A stretch of DNA of 64,000 nucleotides from an uncultured bacterium (GTDB lineage Bacteria > Latescibacterota > MWCZ01), in the NCBI GenBank assembly GCA_964510105.1, contig CAZEAI010000001.1:6200-70199 (forward strand), given 5' to 3'. The notes beneath the pieces are model-generated. The model did no database searches, was not told the DNA's origin, and worked only from the letters and a program-made list of their open reading frames with translations. The position numbers and the translations under genes are program-made. The first letter of the stretch is position 1; every line of letters begins with the position of its first letter. Below are positions 8,899 to 18,356 of this stretch, piece after piece.

Positions 8899-10458
8899 CT
8901 AGTGCGCCTCCGGCATGGTGTGGTGCTCAACTCCGGGCGACTGCGCCGCTCCATCGCCGCTCGGCATCATCTGATGAATCTCCGGGCATGCCTGCCGCAC
9001 CTCGTCGGCGCCACCTGCCGGCGCGAAGAAGAACATCGCCCACACCAGGATGAAAATCGGCAGCAGGATGGGAATCGCGTATTTGAACAGATATCCGAAG
9101 AAGCTCGGGCACTTCAGCCCGTTCTGATCGCTGATGGACTTCACCATGAAGTTCGGACCGTTGCCGATGTACGTCATCGCGCCGAAGAACACCGCGCCGA
9201 CCGATATCGCCATGAGCAACGTCGCCGTCTCGGAACACGCCGCGAACATGGCCGCGTGAGTCGGGTTTCCGGCATCCATTCCGTACTTGCCCAACGCCGC
9301 GACGAAGAAGTTGATGTACGTCGGCGTGTTGTCGAGCACCGCGCTCAGGCCACCCGTCCCGAAGTAGAACAGCCCGGGGGTGAGCTTGTCGCCGAGAACC
9401 TGCGCCTCGTGCGCGATGAGCTGGAGCGCGGGCACCATCGTCATGAAGATGCCGATGAAGAGGAACCCAACCTCTTTGATCGGCTCGAAGTTGAAGTCGT
9501 TGCCGCGGAGGGCTTCTTTGTCAGCCGTCTTGTACGCCAGGAAGCAGACCGCGAACATGATCAGCTCGCGTATGCCGAACGGGACGTGCCACATCTCCTG
9601 CAGCGATGGGAAGCCCGCAATGACGTTCGGATCGAGGAATACCGAGCCGATGATGATCGCCAGCCAGAGGAAGCTCTTGCCTCCCCGCAGCGAGATGCCA
9701 CCCGAGTATTCGATGTCCGACTCGCCAGCCTTGCGCGCATTGATGGTGTCGATAACGTAGAACACCGCGAGGACCAGGCCCACGGTCAGCAGCCAGATGT
9801 GCCAGACCTTGCCGAAGACCCAGAAGAACGGAACCCCTCGCAGGAAGCCCATGAACAGCGGCGGATCGCCGATGGGCGTCAGCCCGCCACCGATGTTGCT
9901 CACGAGGAAGATGAAGAAAATGACGTGGTACGCCTTGATGCGCCCGCGGTTGATGCGCATGAACGGGCGAATGAGCAGCATCGACGCGCCGGTGGTGCCA
10001 ATGAAGTTCGCCAGGACGCTACCGACGAGGAGCAGCACGACGTTGACCATCGGCGTGCCCTTCTTGTCGATATCGATGAGAATCGCTCCGGACGCAACGA
10101 ACAGCGAGCCAAGCAGCGCCAGGAACGCCACGTACTCGATGAATTCGTGGTAGATCGGCCCGAGATCGCTCATGTAGAATGCGTAGAACGCCACCGATAT
10201 CGCGCCGAGTACGACCGACACCGCGGGGTAGTTCTTCTCCCAGAAGTGGTGGTAGAAGAGCGGCCCGGTGGCGATCATGCCCAGCAGCACGACAAACGGT
10301 ATCACCGCCCAGACCGGCGGCAGCGCGTGCCCACCGCCGCTTGAGGCGTGAGCAATCGTGGGGAGGGCAAGGGTCGCCAACGCCGCGATCGGCGCTAACG
10401 TCCAGATCGCGAATCGACGGGCGCGGCCCGATAGATCAACATGGCCCGATGCTGCCAT
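8899..10458 (-). CDS. Putative Na+/H+ antiporter / citrate transporter family (IT superfamily)
   Basis: Multi-TM; 'ANFIGTTGASMLLIRP', 'NIGGGLTPIGDPPLFMGFLRGVPF', 'LDNTPTY', 'GAMTYIGNGPNFMVK'. Confidence 0.85.
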   Translation of the reverse strand: MAASGHVDLSGRARRFAIWTLAPIAALATLALPTIAHASSGGGHALPPVWAVIPFVVLLGMIATGPLFYHHFWEKNYPAVSVVLGAISVAFYAFYMSDLGPIYHEFIEYVAFLALLGSLFVASGAILIDIDKKGTPMVNVVLLLVGSVLANFIGTTGASMLLIRPFMRINRGRIKAYHVIFFIFLVSNIGGGLTPIGDPPLFMGFLRGVPFFWVFGKVWHIWLLTVGLVLAVFYVIDTINARKAGESDIEYSGGISLRGGKSFLWLAIIIGSVFLDPNVIAGFPSLQEMWHVPFGIRELIMFAVCFLAYKTADKEALRGNDFNFEPIKEVGFLFIGIFMTMVPALQLIAHEAQVLGDKLTPGLFYFGTGGLSAVLDNTPTYINFFVAALGKYGMDAGNPTHAAMFAACSETATLLMAISVGAVFFGAMTYIGNGPNFMVKSISDQNGLKCPSFFGYLFKYAIPILLPIFILVWAMFFFAPAGGADEVRQACPEIHQMMPSGDGAAQSPGVEHHTMPEAH

Positions 10459-10599
10459 TCGAATACTCCTTCTCAACTGCGCGAAACGGCGCCGTCGCCA
10501 ACGTGTGTCGGCTCAACGGCGGTATCGGAACTCGGTGTATGCTCGTCACGCCCATCCATGGGATCGCGTCGCGTGCCTGCGCACCGCACGATCCACGGA

Positions 10600-11592
10600 T
10601 CAATTCACTCGCAGGATGATGGCCCACCCCGACGGTATCCTGATCACCGGGCTGATGCCTCCCGGCCGCAGCGCCGAGGTGGGATCGGCAAACGCCGGTA
10701 TCATCTCGCCGCGCTCGAAGAATCCAAGATCGCCCCCGACGTCGGCTGTCGGGTGTATCGAACGAGTGACGGCGAGGGTGATGAAGTCCGCGCCCCCGAC
10801 GACGAGGCCGCGCACCTCTTCGGCCTCCCGCTCGTTCGCGAGCACGATGATACGCGCGCGCATTTTCCCCTGCGCCATCCCCTCGTCGTAGTCCAACTTG
10901 CGCTGCACGGCGAGGCTGCGGATGTCCGCGACGTTGGGCACTCCCGGCGCAAGCGTAAGAGCGCGGTCGAACGCCTGAATCGCCTCGTCGTAACGGTCCA
11001 TTATGACCAACACGGCGCCGAGCCGCAGGTGTCCATCGATGTAGTCGAGGTCCGTCGCTATCGCCCGGCGATAGTGATCTGCCGCGCCCTCGCGGTTTCC
11101 GGTAGCCTGCGCCAGGTCCCCAAGCCGGACGCTGGCCGGCGGATAGGCCACGTCGCCATCGACGAGCCCCTCCAGCAACGTTACCGCACGCGCCGTGTCG
11201 CCTTCCGACACGGCCAGGTCGGCCAACTGTAGTATCGCCGGCGGGTAGACGGGAGTACCGCCCGCCACGTCCTCAAGCGCCGCCCGCGCGCCCGGCATAT
11301 CGCCGCTTGCCGCCAGCAGGACGCCGAGATCCACCTTGAGCTGCGGGTCGTTCGGCAGGTAGTCGATAGCGCCGCGCATCGCCTCGATCGCGGTACCATA
11401 CCGGCCCTGCTGCGCCAGTCTCGCCGCCCGCAGATAGAGCGATCGAGCGCTGTCACGTGCGGCGCTCTGTCCCTGCGCGGCAGCTCGCTCCATAAGCGAC
11501 TGTGCGCCGGCGGGCGCACACAGCAGGCCCGCGGCCAACGATACGGCGATCACTGCCGCCCTGCAGATTCGGCTCCCGGCGTTGGTTAGCAT
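10600..11592 (-). CDS. Exported TPR protein with C-terminal PpiC/parvulin peptidyl-prolyl isomerase domain
   Basis: Signal peptide, TPR repeats, 'ADFITLAVTRS..GGDLGFFERGEMIPAF..GISPVIRIPSGWAI'. Confidence 0.8.
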   Translation of the reverse strand: MLTNAGSRICRAAVIAVSLAAGLLCAPAGAQSLMERAAAQGQSAARDSARSLYLRAARLAQQGRYGTAIEAMRGAIDYLPNDPQLKVDLGVLLAASGDMPGARAALEDVAGGTPVYPPAILQLADLAVSEGDTARAVTLLEGLVDGDVAYPPASVRLGDLAQATGNREGAADHYRRAIATDLDYIDGHLRLGAVLVIMDRYDEAIQAFDRALTLAPGVPNVADIRSLAVQRKLDYDEGMAQGKMRARIIVLANEREAEEVRGLVVGGADFITLAVTRSIHPTADVGGDLGFFERGEMIPAFADPTSALRPGGISPVIRIPSGWAIILRVN

Positions 11593-11671
11593 CCGCGTCC
11601 CTGCTCCGTTCCCAGTGCCCTGGTGTTCGTCTACCTGAAGTACCCGCCACGATTTCCCCGGCGGGAAACGA

Positions 11672-11932
11672 TCAGGCGAGTATACTATCGCCCTCCGACC
11701 GGACAAACTCAGGCGCGGAGCTGCCCAAGCTCCCATTGGCCGCTCGCGAGGCAATCTCATCCACGTGATCGAGAACCTCGCACACCGAGCATCGCCGAGA
11801 ATCGATCGGGTAGTAGCGATTGCACGAGTCGCACCAGCGTACGCCGTGCCTCGCCTCAATCTCCGCGATCGTCTCACTCCTGATGCAGTAGTCGCACACG
11901 GATCGACCTCCCCATGACGAAACCGGCTGCAC
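11672..11932 (-). CDS. Possible small Cys-rich zinc-ribbon protein
   Basis: Three CxxC pairs (CDYC, CDSC, CSVC) in 86 aa; no clear RBS. Confidence 0.35.
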   Translation of the reverse strand: MQPVSSWGGRSVCDYCIRSETIAEIEARHGVRWCDSCNRYYPIDSRRCSVCEVLDHVDEIASRAANGSLGSSAPEFVRSEGDSILA

Positions 11933-12045
11933 GGACTAGACGATACGCTACGGAGTTCCGACCAACAAGCGACGTCACCCTTGCGCCGGCCGCACACAAC
12001 GCCGCATCGTCTTCCCTGGATCGGGGTTGACGGTGGGAGGCGGAC

Positions 12046-13050
12046 ATGGCGAAGCGATCGGTTGGAGTAGTCGGACTGGGACTCGGGCGGCAGTTCGCGC
12101 GCGCCTGCGCGGAGTCGGCACACGTCAACCGGCTGGTTGTGTGCGATCCCGATGCGAAGCTGTGCGCGAGCGTCGCCGCGGACACTCCGCTGGTTGCGGC
12201 AGCGTACCCGTCGCTCGGTGAGATGCTCGCAACCGAGCAGCTTGACGCCGCCGTGGTGGTGACCCCGGATCACCTGCACCGATCACATGCGCTGGCATGT
12301 TTCACCGCCGGGTGCGACGTGCTCATGACGAAGCCGATCGCGACGAATCTCGACGACGGTCGGGCGATCGTCCAGGCAGCCGAAGCGAGCTCGCGAGTGC
12401 TGATGGTCGCTCACGAGCGTCGTTTCCGAACGCGCGTCCGCGCGATCAAGCGTCTCCTGGCTGACGGCGATCTCGGCGACATCGTCCACCTGCGCATCGA
12501 CACGATTCAGGACAAGCGCGGCCAGTTCACTAATTCGCCGTGGTACGCGTCCGCTGAGGCGGGCCGCACCGCGCTCGTGGGCTCAGGCATCCACGAGGTG
12601 GACCTGGCGCGACACCTGTTCGGCCGCCCGGTGGACTCCGTGTTCGCGTACAGCAATCGTCTCGGGGACCTCGAGTTCCCGAAAGACAAGACCACCTCCG
12701 CGCTGTACCGATTCGCCGGCGGGGGCATCGCGCAGGTGACCGTCACATACGAGGCTCACTGGCCAGCGGCTGGCGCCGTTGACGATCACTTCCGACTCGT
12801 GGGCACGCGCGGCATCATCGTCGGCGACAGAGTGGCGCGCGACGGCTATGCCGGATGGGAGGACCTCCCTCGCGACGCTGACGAAATCCGAGTGAGCGTC
12901 CGGCGCTGCGTCGACGCGTTCTTCGACGCGCTTGCCGGCGGCACACGGGTACCGGTGGACGGACGCGAGGCGTTCCGTTCGCTTGCCGCGGCCGCGGCCG
13001 CAGATGAGGCGGCCGCCACCGGGATGGCGAGGATTCCTGAGGAGCTGTAG
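12046..13050 (+). CDS. Gfo/Idh/MocA family oxidoreductase
   Basis: 'VGVVGLGLG', 'VTPDHLH', 'MTKP', 'GIHEVD'. Confidence 0.9.
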   Translation: MAKRSVGVVGLGLGRQFARACAESAHVNRLVVCDPDAKLCASVAADTPLVAAAYPSLGEMLATEQLDAAVVVTPDHLHRSHALACFTAGCDVLMTKPIATNLDDGRAIVQAAEASSRVLMVAHERRFRTRVRAIKRLLADGDLGDIVHLRIDTIQDKRGQFTNSPWYASAEAGRTALVGSGIHEVDLARHLFGRPVDSVFAYSNRLGDLEFPKDKTTSALYRFAGGGIAQVTVTYEAHWPAAGAVDDHFRLVGTRGIIVGDRVARDGYAGWEDLPRDADEIRVSVRRCVDAFFDALAGGTRVPVDGREAFRSLAAAAAADEAAATGMARIPEEL

Positions 13051-13146
13051 ATGATGGGCACTGGTTGGTGCGAATGAGGCAACGCGTCACCTTTCGTACG
13101 ATATCGTCGACCCACATGCCTGCAACTACCCGAGGAGTATCACGCA

Positions 13147-13905
13147 GTGAACGAGCCTCCCGAATTCGTCTGGCCCGACGGCAAATCCGCCGCGGTGTCG
13201 CTCACATTTGACGACGGCGTCCAGTCGCAATGGGAAACCGTCATCCCCATGCTGAGCGAACGCGACATGCTCGGCACGATCTACATCCCGATGGCCGACG
13301 ACGGGGCGTTCTACCGATTTCAGGACCACTGGCGCGACGCCGTCGCCGCGGGGCACGAGATCGGCAATCACAGCATGACGCACCCCTGCTGCCGCAACCT
13401 CTGGATCGCCGGCAACGGGCTGAATACCGACTGCATGACGGTCGAGCAGGTCGAAGCGGAGATCGTCGAGGCAAAGAGGCGGCTGGAAGACGAGCTTCCG
13501 GACCAGCCGGAGCACTCGTTCGCTTATCCCTGCGGAGAGAAGCAGGTGGGTCGAGGCGTGAACAAGCAGAGCTACGTTCCGGCCGTGGCGCGGCACCACA
13601 TCGCGGGGCGCGCGGTTGGCGACGGCATCTCTATCAACGACCCGGCGCAGGTCGATCTGGCGGACATCTGGGCGCCGATGCCCGTGGACGAGACCGGACA
13701 GCGGCTCGTGGAGATCACTCAGCGCGCTCTGGATCAACGCAAGTGGGCCGTGCTGGCCTTTCACGGCATCGGCGACGAGCACCTCAGCAACAGCGTGGAA
13801 ACTTTTGCGTACCTGCTGGACTGGCTCGACGAGCGCCGCGAGTCGGTCTGGGTCGATTCGCTCATACACGTAGCTCGACACATACACGACCGGCAGTCGG
13901 AGTAG
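13147..13905 (+). CDS. Polysaccharide deacetylase family protein
   Basis: 'AAVSLTFDDG', 'GHEIGNHSMTHP', 'FAYPCG', 'LAFHG'. Confidence 0.85.
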   Translation: MNEPPEFVWPDGKSAAVSLTFDDGVQSQWETVIPMLSERDMLGTIYIPMADDGAFYRFQDHWRDAVAAGHEIGNHSMTHPCCRNLWIAGNGLNTDCMTVEQVEAEIVEAKRRLEDELPDQPEHSFAYPCGEKQVGRGVNKQSYVPAVARHHIAGRAVGDGISINDPAQVDLADIWAPMPVDETGQRLVEITQRALDQRKWAVLAFHGIGDEHLSNSVETFAYLLDWLDERRESVWVDSLIHVARHIHDRQSE

Positions 13906-13941
13906 CGCGACGCCGGACGGACATCCTGAAGGAGCGAGCTC

Positions 13942-15090
13942 ATGGAAACGGTGAAGGTCGGCGTGATCGGCGTTGGCGGCATGGGCACCGGCCACTGCGA
14001 GAGCATCACGAAGAACGTCGAAGAGACCGAACTCGTGGCGGTGTGCGATACGAACCACGCCGTCGCGGACGAGAAAGCCGCCGAATACGGCGTCAAGGCG
14101 TTCTACGATCACAAGTCGCTCATCCGCAGCGGGCTCTGCGACGCGATTACCATCGCAACTCCGCACTACTTCCACCCACCGATCGCAGTCGCGGGATTCA
14201 AGGCGGGGCTGCACGTCCTCTCCGAGAAGCCCATCGGGGTCACCGTCCGGGCGGCTGACAAGATGATCAAGGCGGCCGAAGAGAGCGGCATGGTCTTCGC
14301 CGTCATGCACCAAACGCGGACGGTGGGACGATCGCAGGCCATGAAGCGCGTCGTCGATAGCGGCGTTCTCGGCAAGGTCTACCGCGCAACGATGGTCGAG
14401 CCACACTTCCGCACGCAGGGCTACTACAACTCCGCCGGCTGGCGCGCGACGTGGGAAGGCGAGGGCGGCGGCGTGCTGCTGAACCAGTCGCCCCACGGCA
14501 TCGATATCTTCATGTGGCTCATGGGCCTGCCGGAGAGCCTCCGGGCGCGAACGCGGACATGGCGGCACGACATCGAAGTCGAGGACGAGGCATCGGCGAT
14601 GATCGAGTGGGAGAACGGCGCGATCGGCTACTACCACACCAGCACGAACGAGGCCCCAGGCTCGATGTTGCTGGAGATCTGCGGCGACAAGGGCAAGCTC
14701 ACGCTGCGCGACGGCGACCTGAAGCTGTACCAACTCGAACCGGACCTTCAGGAGCACAGCGACGACGTTACCATCATGTGGGGCTCACCGGAGGTAACCG
14801 AGGTGCCCGTCGAAATCGAGGAGCGCGCGTCCGGACACAGCGAAATCGTCCGGAATTGGGCGCGGGCGATTCTCTACGGCGAAGAACTGATCGCGCCGGG
14901 CAAGGAGGGCATCGCCAGCCTTGAGTTCATCAACGCCGTAATCCTCTCCGGCGCAACGGGCAAGCGGGTGGAGTTCCCCGTGCCCCGACAGCGGTACGAG
15001 CGGTTCATCAAGGAGAAGATCAAGAAGAGCACGCACAAGAAGGTGGTCATGGAGAAGCGCGAGACGGACCCGCAACACGTAGGCAAATGA
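13942..15090 (+). CDS. Gfo/Idh/MocA family oxidoreductase
   Basis: 'GVIGVGGMG', 'ATPHYFH', 'SEKP', 'WRATWEGEGGGVLLNQSPH'. Confidence 0.92.
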   Translation: METVKVGVIGVGGMGTGHCESITKNVEETELVAVCDTNHAVADEKAAEYGVKAFYDHKSLIRSGLCDAITIATPHYFHPPIAVAGFKAGLHVLSEKPIGVTVRAADKMIKAAEESGMVFAVMHQTRTVGRSQAMKRVVDSGVLGKVYRATMVEPHFRTQGYYNSAGWRATWEGEGGGVLLNQSPHGIDIFMWLMGLPESLRARTRTWRHDIEVEDEASAMIEWENGAIGYYHTSTNEAPGSMLLEICGDKGKLTLRDGDLKLYQLEPDLQEHSDDVTIMWGSPEVTEVPVEIEERASGHSEIVRNWARAILYGEELIAPGKEGIASLEFINAVILSGATGKRVEFPVPRQRYERFIKEKIKKSTHKKVVMEKRETDPQHVGK

Positions 15091-15124
15091 GCGTTTGCCG
15101 TTGAGCGAGGAATACAGGGCGGGC

Positions 15125-15141
15125 GCGGACGACGTGTCCGC
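15125..15141. terminator. Short hairpin between convergent genes
   Basis: GCGGAC-gacgt-GTCCGC lies between the two stop codons. Confidence 0.35.
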
Positions 15142-15181
15142 CTCGTCTGTTTGGTGGAGCAGGTGACCTAACGTAGCGCCG

Positions 15182-16645
15182 CTAAGAGTGGTCGATGCCG
15201 CCGCCCTGGCCCTCGGCCAACAGCGATGCCGACGAGATCGTGTCCCCCAGCCCCACCGTGCGCACCGGGTTCGCCACGACGCGGGTCGGCACCATGATCA
15301 CATTGCGGTCGCCGTGCCGGGCGACGCCGGATGTCAGGAAGTCGTCGTCCGCGCCGATGGCGCGCCGAACATCTTCCATCGCCGCGCGTGCTGGCTCATG
15401 CAGTGGAACGTCGTCGCGCGGGTGCAGTTCGTCGCCGCGCGCGGGACGTCCCGTCATCGCCCGGACGGCGGCGGCGGTGGCGCCGGTGAGCAGGCCCTGA
15501 CGGATGGATTCCGGCGCGCCGGCGGTGTCATCCGCGAGGACGAGATAGTATCCCAGATTGTGCAGGTGGACGCGCGGTACGCCGGTGGCGCCGGCGAACT
15601 CCGCCAGGCCCTCCAGCACCGCAGTGGGCGCATTCGACTCGTCGACTGTCGCCGCGAGATCGCTCCGTCCAATATCGCCCAACCAGGTGATGAGTTCCGC
15701 CTCGTTCAGCCCGAGGCTATCCACGCGTGGCAGCACATCCCGCAGAACGCCCTTCCTGACGACCTCGCCGCCGATTGACGCAAGCTCGGCGTGAATCTTG
15801 AGTTGCGGCGCGACCGCTCGCAATTCGTCGAGCTCTCCGGCCACCGGTCCGATGCATTCCAGCGCCGTGGAGCCATCCGGGTAGCGGTCGCTCAGTATGT
15901 GGAACCCGGAGACGAACAGGTGCGAATAATCTGGCGCAATCTGGCGGAACTGCTGGACGAACGCGTCCGACAACTGGAGCTGGTTATTCGCCGGGTTCCA
16001 AGACGGGATGAAGCGGTTCGCGCGCTCCGCGGTGAGCGTGTGCGCGCCGATCGTCAGCGTATCGCCGGCGCGATACTCGAATATCCAGTGGATGGCGAAC
16101 ACTTCGTCGCCAACGGCAACCTCGCGAGGGGTGCCGATCGTGCCGTCCGGCCCGACCGTCGTGACAGTCGTGTCGACGGGAAAGGCATCGGCGAGAGGCT
16201 TTGTCAGCGGGTTCGCATAGAGAAGCACCCGCGGCACTCCGAGTTCCGCCACCGCGAGAGCCATATTGGCCGACGTACCGCCCAGCGCCAGCTCGTCGTA
16301 GCCGAACGTCTCCAGGACCCACTGGAACACGCGCTCCGAGCGAATCATGCGCTGCATGGCCCGGCCGGAACTCAGCGAAGCGGCGAACCCGAGGATGACG
16401 TCGGCTTCGGTGGTGATCTCGTCAGGGACGACGCCCCACCGTTCGAGCACCTCGCGCTGGAGTTCCGTGTCGGCGAGCAGGATGGATTCGACCGTGCCGG
16501 GCCTGATGGCAAGTCGTCCGTCGAGCACGGAGTGAAACATGAGACCCGTACCACGGCACCGGGCAATGGACCTTCGACCCGGCTCAACCGCTGAAGCATA
16601 GCGGGCATCCCAGGAGGCGCTCCAGTCGTTGGGTGGCGAAGTCAC
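15182..16645 (-). CDS. ADP-dependent glucokinase/phosphofructokinase family protein
   Basis: 'GGTSANMA', 'IHWIFEY', 'ANRFI', 'VDSLGLNEAEL', 'HLHNLGYY', 'PTRVVANPVRTVGLGDTIS'; GTG start after AGGAG. Confidence 0.88.
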   Translation of the reverse strand: MTSPPNDWSASWDARYASAVEPGRRSIARCRGTGLMFHSVLDGRLAIRPGTVESILLADTELQREVLERWGVVPDEITTEADVILGFAASLSSGRAMQRMIRSERVFQWVLETFGYDELALGGTSANMALAVAELGVPRVLLYANPLTKPLADAFPVDTTVTTVGPDGTIGTPREVAVGDEVFAIHWIFEYRAGDTLTIGAHTLTAERANRFIPSWNPANNQLQLSDAFVQQFRQIAPDYSHLFVSGFHILSDRYPDGSTALECIGPVAGELDELRAVAPQLKIHAELASIGGEVVRKGVLRDVLPRVDSLGLNEAELITWLGDIGRSDLAATVDESNAPTAVLEGLAEFAGATGVPRVHLHNLGYYLVLADDTAGAPESIRQGLLTGATAAAVRAMTGRPARGDELHPRDDVPLHEPARAAMEDVRRAIGADDDFLTSGVARHGDRNVIMVPTRVVANPVRTVGLGDTISSASLLAEGQGGGIDHS

Positions 16646-16680
16646 GGATCTCGATCTCCTGTCGACAACTGCGGCGTACA

Positions 16681-16712
16681 CAAAGGAAGAGGCGCCGTTG
16701 CGCGCCTCTTCC
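16681..16712 (-). terminator. Rho-independent terminator after IHF/HU gene
   Basis: GGAAGAGGCG...CGCCTCTTCC 10-bp stem followed by TTTG on the minus strand. Confidence 0.7.
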
Positions 16713-16752
16713 ATGATCGTATCTGTGGAGTGTCGCCACCGCGGCGGTGCAA

Positions 16753-17055
16753 TCAGCCGTTTCCGGCGCGCGGCTTGCGCAACTCCTCCTTAAGGATCTT
16801 GCCCGGTTTGAAATGGGTCTTTCTGCGGGCCGGAACCTGTATTATGTCGCCGGTTCTGGGATTCCGCGCCGCCGGCTTCGGACGGGTGTTGCGAACCTCG
16901 AAGACGCCGAACCCGCGAATCTCAATCCGCTCGCCGTCCATCAGGCTCTCGCGCATCGCCGTGAAGATGCTGTCAACCATCTTGGCTGCAAGGCTCTGCT
17001 TGCACCCCGTATCCTTCGCGACACGCTTCGCAAGATCGCGTTTGGTCGTGGTCAT
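16753..17055 (-). CDS. HU/IHF family DNA-binding protein
   Basis: 'TKRDL', 'RIEIRGFGVFEV', 'ARNPRTG', 'HFKPGK'. Confidence 0.95.
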   Translation of the reverse strand: MTTTKRDLAKRVAKDTGCKQSLAAKMVDSIFTAMRESLMDGERIEIRGFGVFEVRNTRPKPAARNPRTGDIIQVPARRKTHFKPGKILKEELRKPRAGNG

Positions 17056-17172
17056 GGATTACGCTCCTCCCACCCACCGATTGCCGTCGGACAGATAGAA
17101 GTGAATGTGAACAGGACGCTCTCTAAACTGGTTGCGCACCACCGGATGAGGTGCCCGGAGAGCGCGACTGGC

Positions 17173-17194
17173 AAATGTGATATAGATCACATCT
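17173..17194. promoter_or_regulatory. CRP/FNR-family palindromic binding site
   Basis: AAATGTGATATAGATCACATCT matches 20/22 positions of the E. coli CRP consensus AAATGTGATCTAGATCACATTT. Confidence 0.7.
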
Positions 17195-17209
17195 CGAATG
17201 TCACTTGCA

Positions 17210-17238
17210 AGCTTAAGACTGCAAATTCTCGATGTCAA
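17210..17238 (-). promoter_or_regulatory. Sigma70-type promoter for IHF/HU gene
   Basis: Minus strand TTGACA-17 bp-TAAGCT in an AT-rich intergenic region. Confidence 0.6.
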
Positions 17239-17511
17239 GCGTTTGGGGGCGCCAATAGGTTAGATGTTGATGGGAAATGCCCATGGCACGGCGATGAACA
17301 CCCGCGAGAGGAAGCCCCTCGCCCGCGTGAAGCATCGGCAACACCACGCTCGAACGGTAGTTACGCAGCTTCCCGTGGTGTCGTGATGCAGGAGAGAGAA
17401 TGTGCGACCTATCTCCGGCGGAACATGAAGCCGGCTGGTCGGGGTTGAGACCGTACACGAATCACGAGCGTACATTCGTTCTCACTCACGCAGAATCGTG
17501 GAGGGTCATGC

Positions 17512-18222
17512 ATGCACAACATAGCAGGCGCGGCGATGGGGCCGGCGTTGACTGTACTGTTGCTGACCGGGGTGAGCACGCCGGCACGAGCAGAGGCAGA
17601 GCCGCTGCCCACTTCCCAGGCGCGGTTCGACGACGCGCTGCCATACGGCGACGAGGAACACTCGGACCCGAATCGGCTCAGGCGCTTCCACCTCGGAATC
17701 GCGCTGGTCGGCATGCGTCACGTCGACGCAGTGGGGCTGGGCGTCACCGGCTCGTACGGCAACTACCGTGACCGATTCGCCTGGGGCGGCGAGTTGTTCA
17801 TGGTGCAGTCGGGCGATGTGCGCGTACCACCCGCCGAGGCGCGCAACGGCTACTATCGCGACGAGGACGGAAATGCTGTAGACCCGTCCATCTCCTATGT
17901 CTACGAATCTGTTGGCGCGGTTGGCATCGGCGCGAGCGTGTACACATCGCTCGTTGCTCCGTCGCCAACGATAGGCTTTCACTGTCCTGGAATCGCGTTC
18001 GGGATCTCGGGCGGCGCGATGGTCGAGACGGACCGCGTAGGGTTGCGGCCAACCGACATCGATTTGTACTATGGATACGGTTCCAGCGATACCGACCTCA
18101 CTCTCCGCCCCTACGCAAGCCCCCATCTCGTGCTGAGTCAGGGGCCGTTGAGCGTGACGGGTAGCGTCTCGTTCTTTGCTGTCTTCACAACATGGTCGGT
18201 CGGCATCGCGTATGGTTGGTAG
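17512..18222 (+). CDS. Hypothetical exported protein, possible outer-membrane beta-barrel
   Basis: Signal peptide ('..TPARA'), amphipathic beta strands, C-terminal 'WSVGIAYGW'. Confidence 0.6.
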   Translation: MHNIAGAAMGPALTVLLLTGVSTPARAEAEPLPTSQARFDDALPYGDEEHSDPNRLRRFHLGIALVGMRHVDAVGLGVTGSYGNYRDRFAWGGELFMVQSGDVRVPPAEARNGYYRDEDGNAVDPSISYVYESVGAVGIGASVYTSLVAPSPTIGFHCPGIAFGISGGAMVETDRVGLRPTDIDLYYGYGSSDTDLTLRPYASPHLVLSQGPLSVTGSVSFFAVFTTWSVGIAYGW

Positions 18223-18250
18223 TGGCGACCCAAGCAGGGGCGTCTCTGCA

Positions 18251-18279
18251 TTGCGAACGCGGGCGAGTCGAGTTATTAT
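18251..18279 (+). promoter_or_regulatory. Sigma70-type promoter upstream of TPR-exbB operon
   Basis: TTGCGA-17 bp-TATTAT. Confidence 0.5.
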
Positions 18280-18356
18280 TCAATGTCTCGTAACTGCGGT
18301 ACGCATGCCGTGCGTACGGGGTCTTCCCCACAACCCACACCCGACGCAGAGAGGGA

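Noticed and set aside
17245-17266. GGGGGCGCCAATAGG resembling a tmRNA 5' end
   Set aside because: Lacks the following TTCGAC motif, and no T-arm/CCA 3' end or tag ORF was found downstream.
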